From Ionaspis alba (taxonomy: Eukaryota), in the NCBI GenBank assembly GCA_964255285.1, contig CAXUUL010000004.1, forward strand, positions 1-64,000: DNA of 64,000 bases, given 5' to 3'. A program made the position numbers and the translations under genes. Of this stretch, positions 38,544 to 50,408 are shown in pieces (the first letter of the stretch is position 1; each line of letters begins with the position of its first letter). The notes beneath the pieces were generated by a model. That model was given only the letters and a program-made list of their open reading frames with translations. It was not told where the DNA came from and did no database searches.

Positions 38544-40297
38544 ATGCTGTTCTCCTACCGAGCTATTTTGCTGGTTGCACCGAGTCTTCTTGCCGGCCTA
38601 GCCCGAGGAAGTCGAGCAGATGTGCAGGATGTTCTCGAAGACGACTTGGACCTTGAGAGGTTTAGAGCAGCCTGTCCCGACTATCAACACTATGCTGTGT
38701 TTCCTCAGTAAGTCTGTTAGAGAGGTCTCCGAATCCTGTGTCCTGACTCAACACCAGTCGACCATGGAGCACTGGCACACTTGGTCTACCATACCAGCGG
38801 CCTGTCTCGCACTGCCGTACCTTCTCCTCGTCTCTAGTCGAAACAGTTATCGAAGACGTGACGTCTCGGATGAAGGACAAGGATCTTGCGAGGCTCTTTG
38901 AGAATGCTTTCCCCAATACACTAGACACCACAGTAAAATGGCATGTGGATGGAAGACAAAAGACGCACAAGGTCAAGCATAGCAAGGGACAAGGAAGGGA
39001 CGGGGCATGGCAAGGACCCCAGAGCTTCATCGTCACTGGCGATATCAACGCCGAATGGCTACGTGACTCGACGAATCAGCTCGCACAGTATCAGGCGCTA
39101 GCCTCGAAAGACAAGAAGATTGAGAATCTCATCCTAGGGGCGATCAACACCCAGGTCGAGTATGTGATTGAGTCGCCGTACTGCAATGCTTTTCAACCGC
39201 CTCCAGCAAGCCACATACCAGCAACAAGTAACGGGCAGAATGACGATGTCCATCCTGCTTATGAATCGAGCCGAGTATTTGAGTGCAAATATGAACTCGA
39301 CTCCTTGGCTCACTTCCTTGCACTCGGCAATCAATTCTATGCCAGTTCCAAGTCTACTGCCTTCGTTACGCCACGCTGGTACATGGCATTGGAGACTATA
39401 CTGGAAGTCCTCAAGGAGCAGGCCAAGCCGACGTTCAATTCTACGACTGGAAAGTTCGAGGTCAACGAGTACAGGTTCCTGAGGACGACGAGCACCGGTA
39501 CGGAGACTTTGAATCTTGCAGGCATTGGGAATCCTCTCAATGAGGGTACTGGACTCATCCGCAGTGCTTTCCGTCCCAGTGACGACGCCACCACTTTCGG
39601 CTTCTTTATACCTGCTAATGCTATGATGGCCGTTGAGCTCAAGAGGGTTGCAGAGATAGTAAAATTTAACGGAAAGCGTGATCTATCAAAGTCTTTGCTT
39701 ACGCAAGCTGAGAGTATTGAAAAAGGCGTTTGGGAGCATGGAGTCGTTCCACATAAAAAGTATGGCAACGTCTTCGCCTTCGAAGTCGATGGCTATGGCT
39801 CTCAGGTTCTGATGGACGACGCCAACTTGCCTTCCCTGCTGGCGCTACCCTTGATGGGCTTCGTCGAAGCGTCTGATAAGACATACCAGAACACCCGGAA
39901 AATGATACTAGAGCAAAATGGTAACCCGTACTACTTGAGCGGTAAAGGCTTCTCCGGTATTGGAGGGCCTCACATCGGACTTCAGTACGCTTGGCCAATG
40001 AGCCGACTGGTGCAGGCAATGACGAGCGATGACGATGAGGAGATACTAGATAGCCTCGAAGCGGTGTTGAAATCGAGTAAGCTGGGATTGGTGCATGAGA
40101 GTATTAATGTTGACAGAGTGGCCGATTATACCCGTAGGTGCCTCTCCGCTGGCTTCATTGCAAAGGATATTGACAATACTGTAGGGAGTTGGTTTGCTTG
40201 GGCAAATTCTGTCTTTGCACAGGCGATACTAGACGTAGCGGCCAGGAAACCGCACTTAATATTTGGTAAGGGAGCAGAGCCATATCGCATAGGATAG
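38544..40297 (+). CDS. Secreted glycoside hydrolase family 125 (exo-alpha-1,6-mannosidase-like)
   Basis: Signal peptide, CPDY, LFENAFPNTLDTT, TGDINAEWLRDS, FECKYELDSL, SAFRPSDD, MDDANLPSLL, WFAWANS. Introns 38708-38757 and 40134-40184. Confidence 0.9.
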
Positions 40298-40490
40298 GAG
40301 GTCTTCAGCATCTTTGGTATCTTCCATCATTGCTACACGATGCCCATAGTGGCAACAGTTTCTTGCGCGGAATGTTCGCTTAATACAGCTCTCTTGATCT
40401 CTGGCATCCCCAGGGTCAATGAAACGCGGAAAGCCATTAAAGTGTTATGTGACGAGATGGAGCTAAGTCTACAGCACAGCTTCAACCATT

Positions 40491-41274
40491 CTACGGACTC
40501 AATCTCTCCATCTTCCACTCACCATCACCTCCCTCAACCCTCGTGTACCGAAACCGATCATGCAGCCTACTCTCCCTCCCCTGCCAAAATTCCACCAACC
40601 TGGGCACAACCCTAATCCCGCCCCAAAAATCCGGCACGGGAATCTTCCCATCCTCCACGCCCTCGAACCTCTTTTCTACATCTCTAACCCTCCTCTCAAG
40701 CACCTCCCTACCACCCTCATCCTCTGGCAGAACCTTACTTTGTTCGCTCGCCCAAGCCCCGACCTTACTTCCCCTCGCCCTCAAATCGTAGTACCTCTGT
40801 GACTCCTCCTCACTCAATCTCTCCACACTCCCCTCGACTCTCACCTGCCTTTCGAGCTCACTCCACCAGAACGCCAAACTCGCCTGCGGATTGGAGGCCA
40901 CGTCTGCTGCTTTGCGAGAGGTGCCCCAGTTACTGTAAATAACAAAACCCCGTGAGTCGAGTTCTTTGAGGTAGACGAAGCGCGAGGATGGGGCACCGGA
41001 AGGGAGGGCGGCAGTGGAAAGGCAGACAGTTTCGGGTTGGTAGACCTTGTTTTGTTGGGCGTGGGCGAACCAGGTTTGGAACTGGGGGATGGGGTCGGAG
41101 AGGAGTTGGGAGCGTGAGAGGGTGCCTTTAGTGTACTGATCAGCGCGGGCGGAGTTCTGAGCACCGGCTGGGGCGACTGTAGTCAAGCGTTAGCTGGTTA
41201 GTATGTGGGGTTGGGATAGCGATGCGAAAGCTCGTACATATCAGCTTGTCGTTTTGGGGAGCTGTAGAAGCCAT
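40491..41274 (-). CDS. PDX3: Pyridoxine/pyridoxamine 5'-phosphate oxidase
   Basis: PSSRFVYLKE, ERQVRVEG, GAWASEQS, WGGIRVVP..VEFWQGRESRLHDRFRY, ERLSP*. Intron 41177-41237 restores KLI|FAP. Upstream in-frame ATG at 41313. Confidence 0.93.
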
Positions 41275-41827
41275 GCGAGACAATCGAGAGAGTGTAGGGA
41301 GCAGTTCGCGCATCGAAGGTTGATGGAAATCATAATGCAGTTGTGTTAAAGTTCACTATTTACTTGCTGATGTCATTTTATCACCGGGTGCCTAGCTGCG
41401 GGAAGACTCAGGTCGAAGAATTTCGATAACATAAAGTGTTTAAATCACATTCCATAAAGCGGGATTTGATGTTCAATTCCTTATATGGTCTACCTAGATA
41501 CTAACAAGTAGATCTAGCTTTGAGTCGAGATTCACTTCCGTCCAAAAGTATCGTACAGCTTTTGCCCTTCCGTCCCATGCAATTCCCAATCATAAAAAAA
41601 CTCCAGCAATTCGCCCAAGCTCAACCGTGATAATACAGGAGCACTACCAAACTGAACGCCACGCATGCTAAACAACCATTCTTAGAACACCATAAACTCT
41701 CAGCATCAAGGTAGCAAATTCCGCCAAAATTATATATCCCAGGGTATCATATACAGATGAAAGAGAAAGTGAGCAAAAGCTCTATATAGAAGCGACAGCA
41801 GGAGCCAGCATTGCCAGAGAAGCCAGC

Positions 41828-44800
41828 TTAGATAGTAAATTGAGGATTACCCGCAGGTGCCACACTACTCGCTCGACTCATGCCATGGCCGAGTAGCTCT
41901 AAGATCTTGCCCGACACGGCAGCAGGGTATCCGCGAGAGAGCATCTCACGAACGACTTCCGACGCACTATCACGAAGCTCTGCAGCTAAAAAGGCTCTTG
42001 TCATTGCCTCGTATGTGCTCGGTTCTCTCTTCTCCTTACCGACACTATCATATATCTCTTTAGCTTTTGTGACTTTGTTCTCTGTTGCCCAGCCGTGGAT
42101 TAGTGTGTTTGCGATATAAGGTGTCATCTCGATGCCTCTCGTCGCCATGTCTCTTAGGACTTCTGGAGTTTCTTTGACGCTGTGGTTTGCCACCATTGAT
42201 TCGAACAGAGCTTGGTAGAGGCAGGCATGCGGCCGGATGCCCGAACTTGCAATGACTTCGTCGAAGGTCTGACGAGCCCCGGCCACGTCGTGGAGAACAC
42301 AGCCTTTGGCGTGGATAAGGGAAGCGTAGTGCACTGCCTCTGGCCGTTGACCAGAAGCACGAATGGTATCAAGCACACCTTCAGCAGCATCCAAATTGAT
42401 CGGCTCCAGTGTGGCGTAGGTATCAATGAGAAGCTTGTAAGTATGCATGGTTGGCTGAATATTCCTGGTCCGCATACGCTCATAGTATTCTAGGACTTTG
42501 CTACTATCGCGCTTCGTGGTCAGGAAAAACTGCATCAGGCTATTGTAAGGCGCTGGTCGAGGCTTGTAGTTCGGCATGGACTCCATCTCATCAAAGAGCT
42601 CCTGTGCAAATCTTTCGTCGCTGACACGGCACAGAGCATTGACGATAGTCCCGTAAGTGACACTAGTCGGACGAATGCCTCGTGCGCGCATCTCGGCGAA
42701 GTAGAAGAGACAATCGTCGATGCGTCGAGCCTTACCCAATTTGCCGATCAAGGCGTTGTACAAAAAGCTCGATGGTTCTACACCCTCGGTTTTGGCACGA
42801 TGAAAGATCTTCACAGCTTCAGTGGCCTCGTCAAACGTCTTCGTGGACTCCTTCAGTGTGGTAATGTAGAGACCGAATGTGTTCGCCGTAGGTGCAGCAC
42901 CGATTCCAAGAAGTTCTTGATGAAATTCCGCAGCCATACGTCGATTGCCAAGGGTGAGACAAGCGCCGACCATAGCATCTAAAATAGATGCCCATCCATT
43001 TTGGACGACGGGATATTGGGGAAGAAATGGCATATCCTGTTTGGCCATACCTAAAATGTCATGAACCAGATTTGCACGTACATCTTTCGCCGCTGCCGAT
43101 ATTAACTTAGCATAGACAATGTATCGGGGATGTCGGCCAGCCCGACGAATATTTCGGAACCTCATAAGAGCCTCATTTAGGCTGCCACTGTTCTTTGAAC
43201 CTTGCTTCTCGAGCTCGTCGACGATGATACTTGAGCCCCTGTGATCCGCTGTCGCAGCATAAGGGTCGAAAGACTCATTGTATGTCGGAAGAGTGGCAGC
43301 CACAGGAGTTGAAGAAGCATTGAGAGCCATCGGATGGACAGCTTGGTGCAGAACGGGTGAGGTGTGGCTGTGCCACTTTTCCGCCAAATCCGGACGCTGT
43401 TGGCTTAGTTTTCGGATGGTGCGGTCAACGAGCTCTGATGTCCGCGAATCGAGAGGCATGCGATTAGCAAGTGCAGTCTCCAGAAGATGAGCAAATCTGG
43501 CAAAGTGGGCGATGTCAAGCACACCCTGTTCATGACCGATGATTCCCGCTTCGATTTGAAGGGCAAGCTTGAGATCTTGCCAACTAAGTGTGGCGATATC
43601 TTCCGGACCCAATCCAGCGAGCAGTCGTTCTGCTACTGGAGAAACGAGGCCGCCATTCTCGATCATTGCCCACATGAAACTCATGCTCGCTTGTGGCGAA
43701 GGAAGAATGCTATTCTGGGCCAGGAAGGAACCGATAAACTCGATTCCCTCGTCGATATGCTCGGTTGTATCTGACCGAGCAGAAGAGGTGTTCACTGAGG
43801 ATCGGATCCGGCTGAATGATTGACGAGCTTCCATAAGACCCTCATCGACATTGCCGCTGCCGATGAGACCGACTGCATACATTGCAGTCGGTTCGACGAA
43901 AGCGGTGGTCGGCCTGTTTACAGCAGTCAGGGTAGACCAAGCACTTCGAGCAGCATCCACGTCTCCGTGTCGGATGTACATGGCAAGCATCGCAATTGAT
44001 GCCGTTGGCGTGTCATCGACAATGGAGGAAGTATGCAGATAGGCTCTTGAGGCGACATCTATATCTCCGTGATCGGCAGCCTTCACGCAAATCAAGGCCA
44101 TTAGGCGAGCACGAGTGGTTGCACTTGTCTTTTGCTCATCCGCAATGCTGAGAGCCTCTCCGAAATTCCGCGATTCTAGACGTTCTTGGACAAGAGCATC
44201 GAGGACAATAGTATCGCGTATAGTTTGCAAATGGTGCTCTGTAGAAGTAGTACCTGGGAAAGAGTCGATAATTTTGTTGAAGAATTTGTGAGCTCCTTCG
44301 TGTTTACCACACATGGCGTATGCCTTGACCACAGCTGCATAGACCTCATCATCGGTGCGTTGAATGATGGCCAACTGCCCTTGATCGTCAGCTACGGCAA
44401 GATTCTTGTATTCGTTGTAGCACTCCACTGCACTGCGTAGATCGCCCGAGGCCGCAAATGCTTTAATCATTGGCGGGTAGATCGAAGCGTACGGTAAGAC
44501 CTTGAGAGATTCCATGTGTGAGTAGATCTGTATCATCTGCTCCACTTCGCCGTGAGCAGCGCAGGCGTTGAGAAGCAGGCGGTACGTCTCTGAGGTATAC
44601 TTGCGTGTGCTCGAGGACGCTGTTGATGATTTGAACATTTTGGTCGCAACGTCCAAAGCACCATCTTCGGCCAAAATATCGTGCTCGGCTTCCTGCGAAC
44701 GAAACATGAAACGTTCTGTCTCTTTAAAGCCACCAAAACGGAGTCTCTCATCGTCGAGCGTCAATTTCATTTGAGAGACTTCCAAGGCTCTTCGGGACAG

Positions 44801-45808
44801 CATCTCCAGCAGAATGGTGTATGTCGTCGTGTCTGGCAAGACATTTCGTCGCAGCATATCAGAGTAGACATCAAGTGCCTTGAGAACAACCTGATGCTTG
44901 GCTGTTGGCAGATTGATGGCCGATGTAAGAAGTGCATTATATGCTCTAGGTGGCGGTAGTACACCTGCGTGGAGCATAGACTCGAAGACGGGAGGAATTT
45001 CTGCATAGCGCCTGGCTTCCTGCAGAGAAGAGATGTGGTCTAAATGTGTGGTCCAGACTGTGCCTTCCGTGGACGTGATACCAGTCTCATGGCTGACAGT
45101 TGACAGTGCCGGCGTGGGCGATCTGAGTGTGACAGACGATGAGCCTGAGCCCTCTTTGGTAGCGACAGCCTGTGTCTCCACCTCTATCTCATCTTGTGAA
45201 ACGGGAAGGGCTGTTTCCAAGTCGCTTGCTGCTTCGTTGGATTGTCGGATGTCGGAGATCTCCTTGGCGATAGCTTCATTGATCTTAGCCAAGGCCAGAT
45301 CATCCGCCGTGTCCTCGTCAGCTTTCTTGATGTCGTCGACGGCACTGGTGGTATAGGCTCGCTCGGCTCCTCCTTGTCTGCGGCCAGGAACGACGGTCGA
45401 TCGAAGCACATCCTCCTCCTTCTCCTTGCCCTTGCCTTCGAAGGCAACAGTCGGACCTTTCCATCCTATCCTCTTTGTGAACTGGAATTGCTGCCACTCA
45501 TGTCCATCTACACCCCGCTGCTCTTTCTGTGATGCAGTGTAGGCTGCATAGTAGCGGTCTAGGTCTGCATCGCCGCTAGTCTTTGGCCCTGTGCTGGACG
45601 AGCCGGAATTGTTCTGGAGAGCATCTCGTAGTTGTGAAGAGCCAGTCTTGCTGAACTTGCTAACGGAGTGATGGCTGAACGGGTGGAGCTGGGTAGTCGA
45701 TGTGGCGTGTGACGACTGACTCGCTGCAACAAGAGACTGGGCGTAACCGTGGGTAACACCTTTGGGAAAACCTTGACGCGCGAGATGGACAAACGATTTG
45801 AGAACCAT
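41828..45808 (-). CDS. Mitochondrial pentatricopeptide-repeat (PPR) protein (Cya5/Ppr5-type, putative RNA regulator)
   Basis: 1326-aa intronless ORF. Presequence-like N-terminus (MVLKSFVHLARQGFPK...). Tandem PPR motifs such as FLYNALIGKLGKARRIDDCLFYFAEMRARGIRPT and VTYGTIVNALCRV. Confidence 0.85.
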   Translation of the reverse strand: MVLKSFVHLARQGFPKGVTHGYAQSLVAASQSSHATSTTQLHPFSHHSVSKFSKTGSSQLRDALQNNSGSSSTGPKTSGDADLDRYYAAYTASQKEQRGVDGHEWQQFQFTKRIGWKGPTVAFEGKGKEKEEDVLRSTVVPGRRQGGAERAYTTSAVDDIKKADEDTADDLALAKINEAIAKEISDIRQSNEAASDLETALPVSQDEIEVETQAVATKEGSGSSSVTLRSPTPALSTVSHETGITSTEGTVWTTHLDHISSLQEARRYAEIPPVFESMLHAGVLPPPRAYNALLTSAINLPTAKHQVVLKALDVYSDMLRRNVLPDTTTYTILLEMLSRRALEVSQMKLTLDDERLRFGGFKETERFMFRSQEAEHDILAEDGALDVATKMFKSSTASSSTRKYTSETYRLLLNACAAHGEVEQMIQIYSHMESLKVLPYASIYPPMIKAFAASGDLRSAVECYNEYKNLAVADDQGQLAIIQRTDDEVYAAVVKAYAMCGKHEGAHKFFNKIIDSFPGTTSTEHHLQTIRDTIVLDALVQERLESRNFGEALSIADEQKTSATTRARLMALICVKAADHGDIDVASRAYLHTSSIVDDTPTASIAMLAMYIRHGDVDAARSAWSTLTAVNRPTTAFVEPTAMYAVGLIGSGNVDEGLMEARQSFSRIRSSVNTSSARSDTTEHIDEGIEFIGSFLAQNSILPSPQASMSFMWAMIENGGLVSPVAERLLAGLGPEDIATLSWQDLKLALQIEAGIIGHEQGVLDIAHFARFAHLLETALANRMPLDSRTSELVDRTIRKLSQQRPDLAEKWHSHTSPVLHQAVHPMALNASSTPVAATLPTYNESFDPYAATADHRGSSIIVDELEKQGSKNSGSLNEALMRFRNIRRAGRHPRYIVYAKLISAAAKDVRANLVHDILGMAKQDMPFLPQYPVVQNGWASILDAMVGACLTLGNRRMAAEFHQELLGIGAAPTANTFGLYITTLKESTKTFDEATEAVKIFHRAKTEGVEPSSFLYNALIGKLGKARRIDDCLFYFAEMRARGIRPTSVTYGTIVNALCRVSDERFAQELFDEMESMPNYKPRPAPYNSLMQFFLTTKRDSSKVLEYYERMRTRNIQPTMHTYKLLIDTYATLEPINLDAAEGVLDTIRASGQRPEAVHYASLIHAKGCVLHDVAGARQTFDEVIASSGIRPHACLYQALFESMVANHSVKETPEVLRDMATRGIEMTPYIANTLIHGWATENKVTKAKEIYDSVGKEKREPSTYEAMTRAFLAAELRDSASEVVREMLSRGYPAAVSGKILELLGHGMSRASSVAPAGNPQFTI

Positions 45809-45964
45809 TTAGCCCTTACTGAAATCCTCTCCAAATGAGGGACTCGGTCTAGCCAGGAAAATATGTGAGAAAGAACTCAGATTGTCGCCATTCGCGGTTT
45901 AGACCAACGTCTGGAGAAGGATGACTGACCTTGAGGAAGGACTGAGAAATGAATGCAGGATCAT
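45809..45964 (-). promoter_or_regulatory. Spliced 24-codon uORF in the 5' leader of the PPR gene
   Basis: ATG at 45964, intron 45849-45929 (AG|GTCAGT...TAG), peptide MILHSFLSPSSRPSPSFGEDFSKG, TAA at 45811-45809 directly followed by the PPR ATG. Confidence 0.45.
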
Positions 45965-46834
45965 CTGACGACACCGAGTCGACGATGAACGCGCTGTACT
46001 GAGTGGAGAAATGTTGTGACGTGCTTCACTGAGAGCTAGTTGGTTTTATTGTATTGGCACGGACTCGAGCTCGGTCCGCTGTCTCTTCGGGTGTATGAGA
46101 TGAAGTGCAGAACGAGATACGAAGAGCAGGTCCTAAGGTACGAGATGAAGTGCAATAGGTCAATGGGTATGAAGGGAACAAAATGCCTAAGTGATTGTGG
46201 GGGAATGGTGTTGGTGCCTGTGAGAGTAAAAGTAACAGTCGAAGACCGGATGACGAGTATACCGCTCGATGCCAAACTAGACCGGGAGGCTGAGGATTCA
46301 GTCGGAATGCGGAGGGAAGAAGGTCAGCTGCTCGAAGGAGAGGCCCGTTTGGTCTGCCAAATAACAACCTGGAAAGACAGAAGCACCAAGGAAAGTGAGA
46401 ACACGGATGCGATAATACTCGAGGAAGATGTCCAGCCCGTCGACTTTCCTCGTAATTTTCGTGGAGGATTCATAAATGGCGCGCTAACTATTGCCCGGAG
46501 GTCGGTCAGCCACGCCATTGGTGCTCGGATCGGTGAGGACCGGCCCGTGAGCCTTGTGGCTGATTAATACCTCACGCGCGAATTTCGTCTTCTCCCGGTT
46601 TGTGCCACACAGAAAATCAGCTGCCTTTGCGCCACGGTCAGCTCGAGGACAACATGGAATGGAATCTTTAGGAAACAAAAGACAATTGGAAGCAAAGGAC
46701 CACCGTGAGGGTGCAAGAAGCATTCGGTTGCTAACACTATTTTCCATCGATCACCAATCTGCAGGATCTTTAAGTGTGGGATATCGTAGTGCCTACAATC
46801 CGGGATCGACACGGCTGAGAGAGCTTCTATCAGA

Positions 46835-48452
46835 ATGAAGGAGGCAACTCGGGGAACTGCGGTGTCAGCACCGGGGAAGGTCTTGCTTGCTGGAGGCTAT
46901 CTGGTCGTTGATAGAGCACACACTGGCCTTGTCTTCGGACTTGATGCCCGTATACATGTCCATGTCGAGCCACTCGACACCTCGGCAGGAGTATCACTGT
47001 CCGAAATCATTGTCCGCTCTCCACAATTTAAGGCCGCGGAATGGAGATATGGCTATCGTCTGAGTGAGGAAGATGGAGGCGTGGAAGTGGTCCAGTTGAA
47101 AGGGTCAGCTATGAATTTCATCATGTGATACTATACAAAAATCAATCATCGATGTCGTTGCTGCATTTCTGAATGTCTATTCTCCTCATGGTCATGTGTT
47201 TGTCTGTGGTTTCATTCACTGAAACCGAACCCTCTGGGATACTCATTTTTGCAAGATCGATTCCAGCTCATTCATCTCAAGTAGGCATCACTGATTAGCC
47301 GATGGTATACATAGACATTCCACATCGACTCAGACTCGCAACAAATTTGTCGAGACTGCTCTAGCCTACGCCTTGTCATATGTTTCATGTCACTCCTCTG
47401 CAAAGATTGGCCCCACTACCATTACCATTCTCGCGGATTCAGATTACTATTCCCAGCCGGCGAGATCGCCCGTTAACCCAGTAGCCCACGACGATCGATT
47501 TGCTGATTTTGGGGTACCTCTCTCTGGAGCCCACAAGACCGGTCTGGGTTCATCTGCGGCGTTGGTAACCGCCTTCACGGCTGCCGTGCTTGCTCATTAC
47601 CTGCCAGTAGATGTAAGCTCTATCAAGACGGATGTCGGGAAGACCAGAATCCACAACCTTGCTCAAGCGGCTCACTGTACTGCTCAAGGCAAGATCGGAT
47701 CTGGATTTGATGTCGCTGCTGCAGTATATGGCTCGTGTATCTACCGACGATTTTCTCCGTCTGTCCTCGAGAGCGTGGGCGAAATTGGCTCCAAAGGATT
47801 CTCGGAAAGGCTCAAAATGGTCGTGGATGATTCTGGATTTGCAAAACTGTGGAACACTGAAATTGACAAGGCTGCGGCGAAAATTCCCAATGGTCTAAGA
47901 CTGGTCATGTGCGATGTCGATTGCGGATCCGAGACTCCAGGAATGGTCAAAAAAGTGTTCGCCTGGCGTAAGGAGAACGCAGAGGAGGCAGCGCTGTTAT
48001 GGGCCACTTTGCAGAAAGGCAACGAAGATCTTGCAACAGAACTTCAAAAGCTAGCTGACAATGATTCCGAATTGTTGAACATATCCAGCTGTGAAAATCT
48101 ACGCACCACAATACTCACAATCCGTTCTCTAATCCGAGAGATGTCTTTCAAGACGGGGGTGCCCATTGAGCCAAAAGTGCAGACAGAGCTTCTGGACTCA
48201 TGTTGCCGTCTGCAAGGGGTCGTTGGCGGAGTGGTACCGGGTGCGGGCGGCTTCGATGCTATTGTGCTATTAGTAGAAGATCGTCAGGCGTCTTTGCAAG
48301 AGCTGAGTCGCTTCCTCGATGATTACAAGGTCACTATCGAGGAGGAAGACCAAGGAAGTAGCATAGGCAGAGTGAGGTTATTAGGTGTTAGACAGGAAAT
48401 GGAAGGTATCCGGGCGGAATATTCAAAGACATACGGGAATTGGCTTCAGTAG
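46835..48452 (+). CDS. ERG8: Phosphomevalonate kinase (GHMP family)
   Basis: SAPGKVLLAGGYLV, KTGLGSSAAL, AHCTAQGKIGSGFDVAAAVYGS, VPGAGGFDA. Single 211-nt intron 47104-47314. Confidence 0.94.
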
Positions 48453-49434
48453 GGGATTGTGCATCGGAAATACGTCGAGGAGATACACAAATGATAATGA
48501 TAATGAGCATATCAAACAGTACCTGACTCAACTTAGTAATGACAATTAGAGAATGCCGGTCGAAGATGAGCAACAATGATTTGCAATATACCAGCTTGCT
48601 TAGTAGATTGATAGACATTATTGTTGATCGATCCGTGCTTTTCCGTGAGACGGACTCGCTGTGACTATCACAACCTGCATGAATTTTAGTGGGGGAAGAG
48701 TGTCAAGAACAACGGGGATTCGTGCACACTGGGGAAGGGTCGAGGAAGTCCCTGCTGCTGCTTCCCATTAACGCCTCTTTTCCAAATACAAGGCAAAGGC
48801 AGGACCATCGCCTCCAAGGACAAGTACGAACCACCTACTTAATTAGCCGTCTGTATGAATTCTCCATCCAATACTTGTCTCATTCATTCCACGCTCTGAT
48901 AAAAGGTCGCATCTTTCCCACCATTTCAACCACTCTCCAATCTTTCCTTTTCGGTGCTATCCGACAGAATCACTATCGTTCATTCGAGGCACGAGGAGGC
49001 ATTTCTTGGTCATCACGCGGTCATCGGCAGTCCACGGTTCGACGGCAAGATAGGGAGAGCTTGCTGAACCTGCATCAACGTCAGAACCCTGATGATCAAC
49101 CGCGCGACCTAATAACTAGGCTTGACAGCTACAACTTTCCTTCTCGATCCATTCTTTTAGGTTGCAGGAGATTTTTGTTTGGCCTTCGGGCGTTCAGTAC
49201 TGGGATCAGTCTTGATTTCGTGTTTGATTAGTAGAGTCCATGCCTGATGATCTGTGAGGGATGCTACTAGCTGGGTTGTCAATTCCACGAACTGACTTTG
49301 ATGCAGTGGCCACGCGACATCACCTACCTGCCGTTTACTGAGCATTGTTTGCGAGCATCAATTACAACACTCGATACAAAGCAAGCTTCGTGGGTCCGAG
49401 TCGAGCTATCGTTCCTGGCAGAAGAGCAGCCAAC

Positions 49435-50408
49435 ATGGCGACATCCATGACTGATGGCACCAATGCGCCCATGGACGTTGAACCTACAAACAGCAATGCC
49501 GTCGGAACTGTAGATAACGGCGCAATGTCCCCCACGGCTATGCCCTCTGCAGCAACGGAACCATCATCCACTTCAGCTCCGATGGAGATGGACGACCTCA
49601 GCTCATCCTCGGCGGCTCAGAATCTACAGCCATTGGGAGAAACAATCCCTACTTTTACCCCCGAATCACCCACTAATTCAAAAGAGAATCGAAAACCATC
49701 GACTAAAACATCGATACCTCCCCCAAATATCAATCCACCTACGTCGTCATCACCGCATGCGGTCACAATAAAGGGCTCGAATCCTCAATCACCACCCGTC
49801 CTTACACGTGAACAAACCACTGCAGCAATAGGTCCTGCGACGGATGAGCCGATAACACCACCAAAACCGTCAACCACGACCGGGCCACAACTGATCATCA
49901 CCTTACTCATCCACACCGGCGCCAGACATCCTTATCGGATCGACGAGAAATACCTGAAAAAGCGGAACGTCAACGTTACAGACAATAACCCTGTGAATAT
50001 GAGCGTATACACCTTGAAGGAGTTGATATGGAGGGATTGGCGGGATGGTGAGCATCACCTTCATCCGACACAATGATGATAGATATCTGACGTTGAGTTG
50101 TAGAGTGGGAACCCAGACCGTCCAGTCCGAGCTCGATACGTCTTATTCATTTTGGTAAGCTTCTCGATGACAAAGCCCACCTTAAAGGTAAGTGCACAGT
50201 GTATACAATCCCATCCAAGGTTGGTAACTATAGCTGATTCATATCAACAGACGGAAGATTCGCTGTTGGTGAATCGCCCCATGTCGTCCATATGACAGTC
50301 AAGCCCCAAGATGTTGTCGACGACGAGGATGCTCGGATCGCCAAAGGAGGGACAAGGGATCGAGACGGCAGTGAGCGAACGCCGGGGTGCCGTTGTGTGA
50401 TTCTGTGA
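49435..50408 (+). CDS. UBL3/MUB-like membrane-anchored ubiquitin-fold protein with a CaaX box
   Basis: Disordered P/S/T-rich N-terminus, then SVYTLKELIWRDW|REWEPRPSSPSSIRLIHFGKLLDD...VVHMTVKP and C-terminal GCRCVIL*. Introns 50048-50103 and 50188-50250. Confidence 0.85.

Noticed and set aside
30482..50408. Possible functional cluster (protease, GST, GH125, PDX3, ERG8, UBL3)
   Set aside because: No shared pathway, backbone synthase or cluster regulator, and the genes are interspersed with core housekeeping genes.
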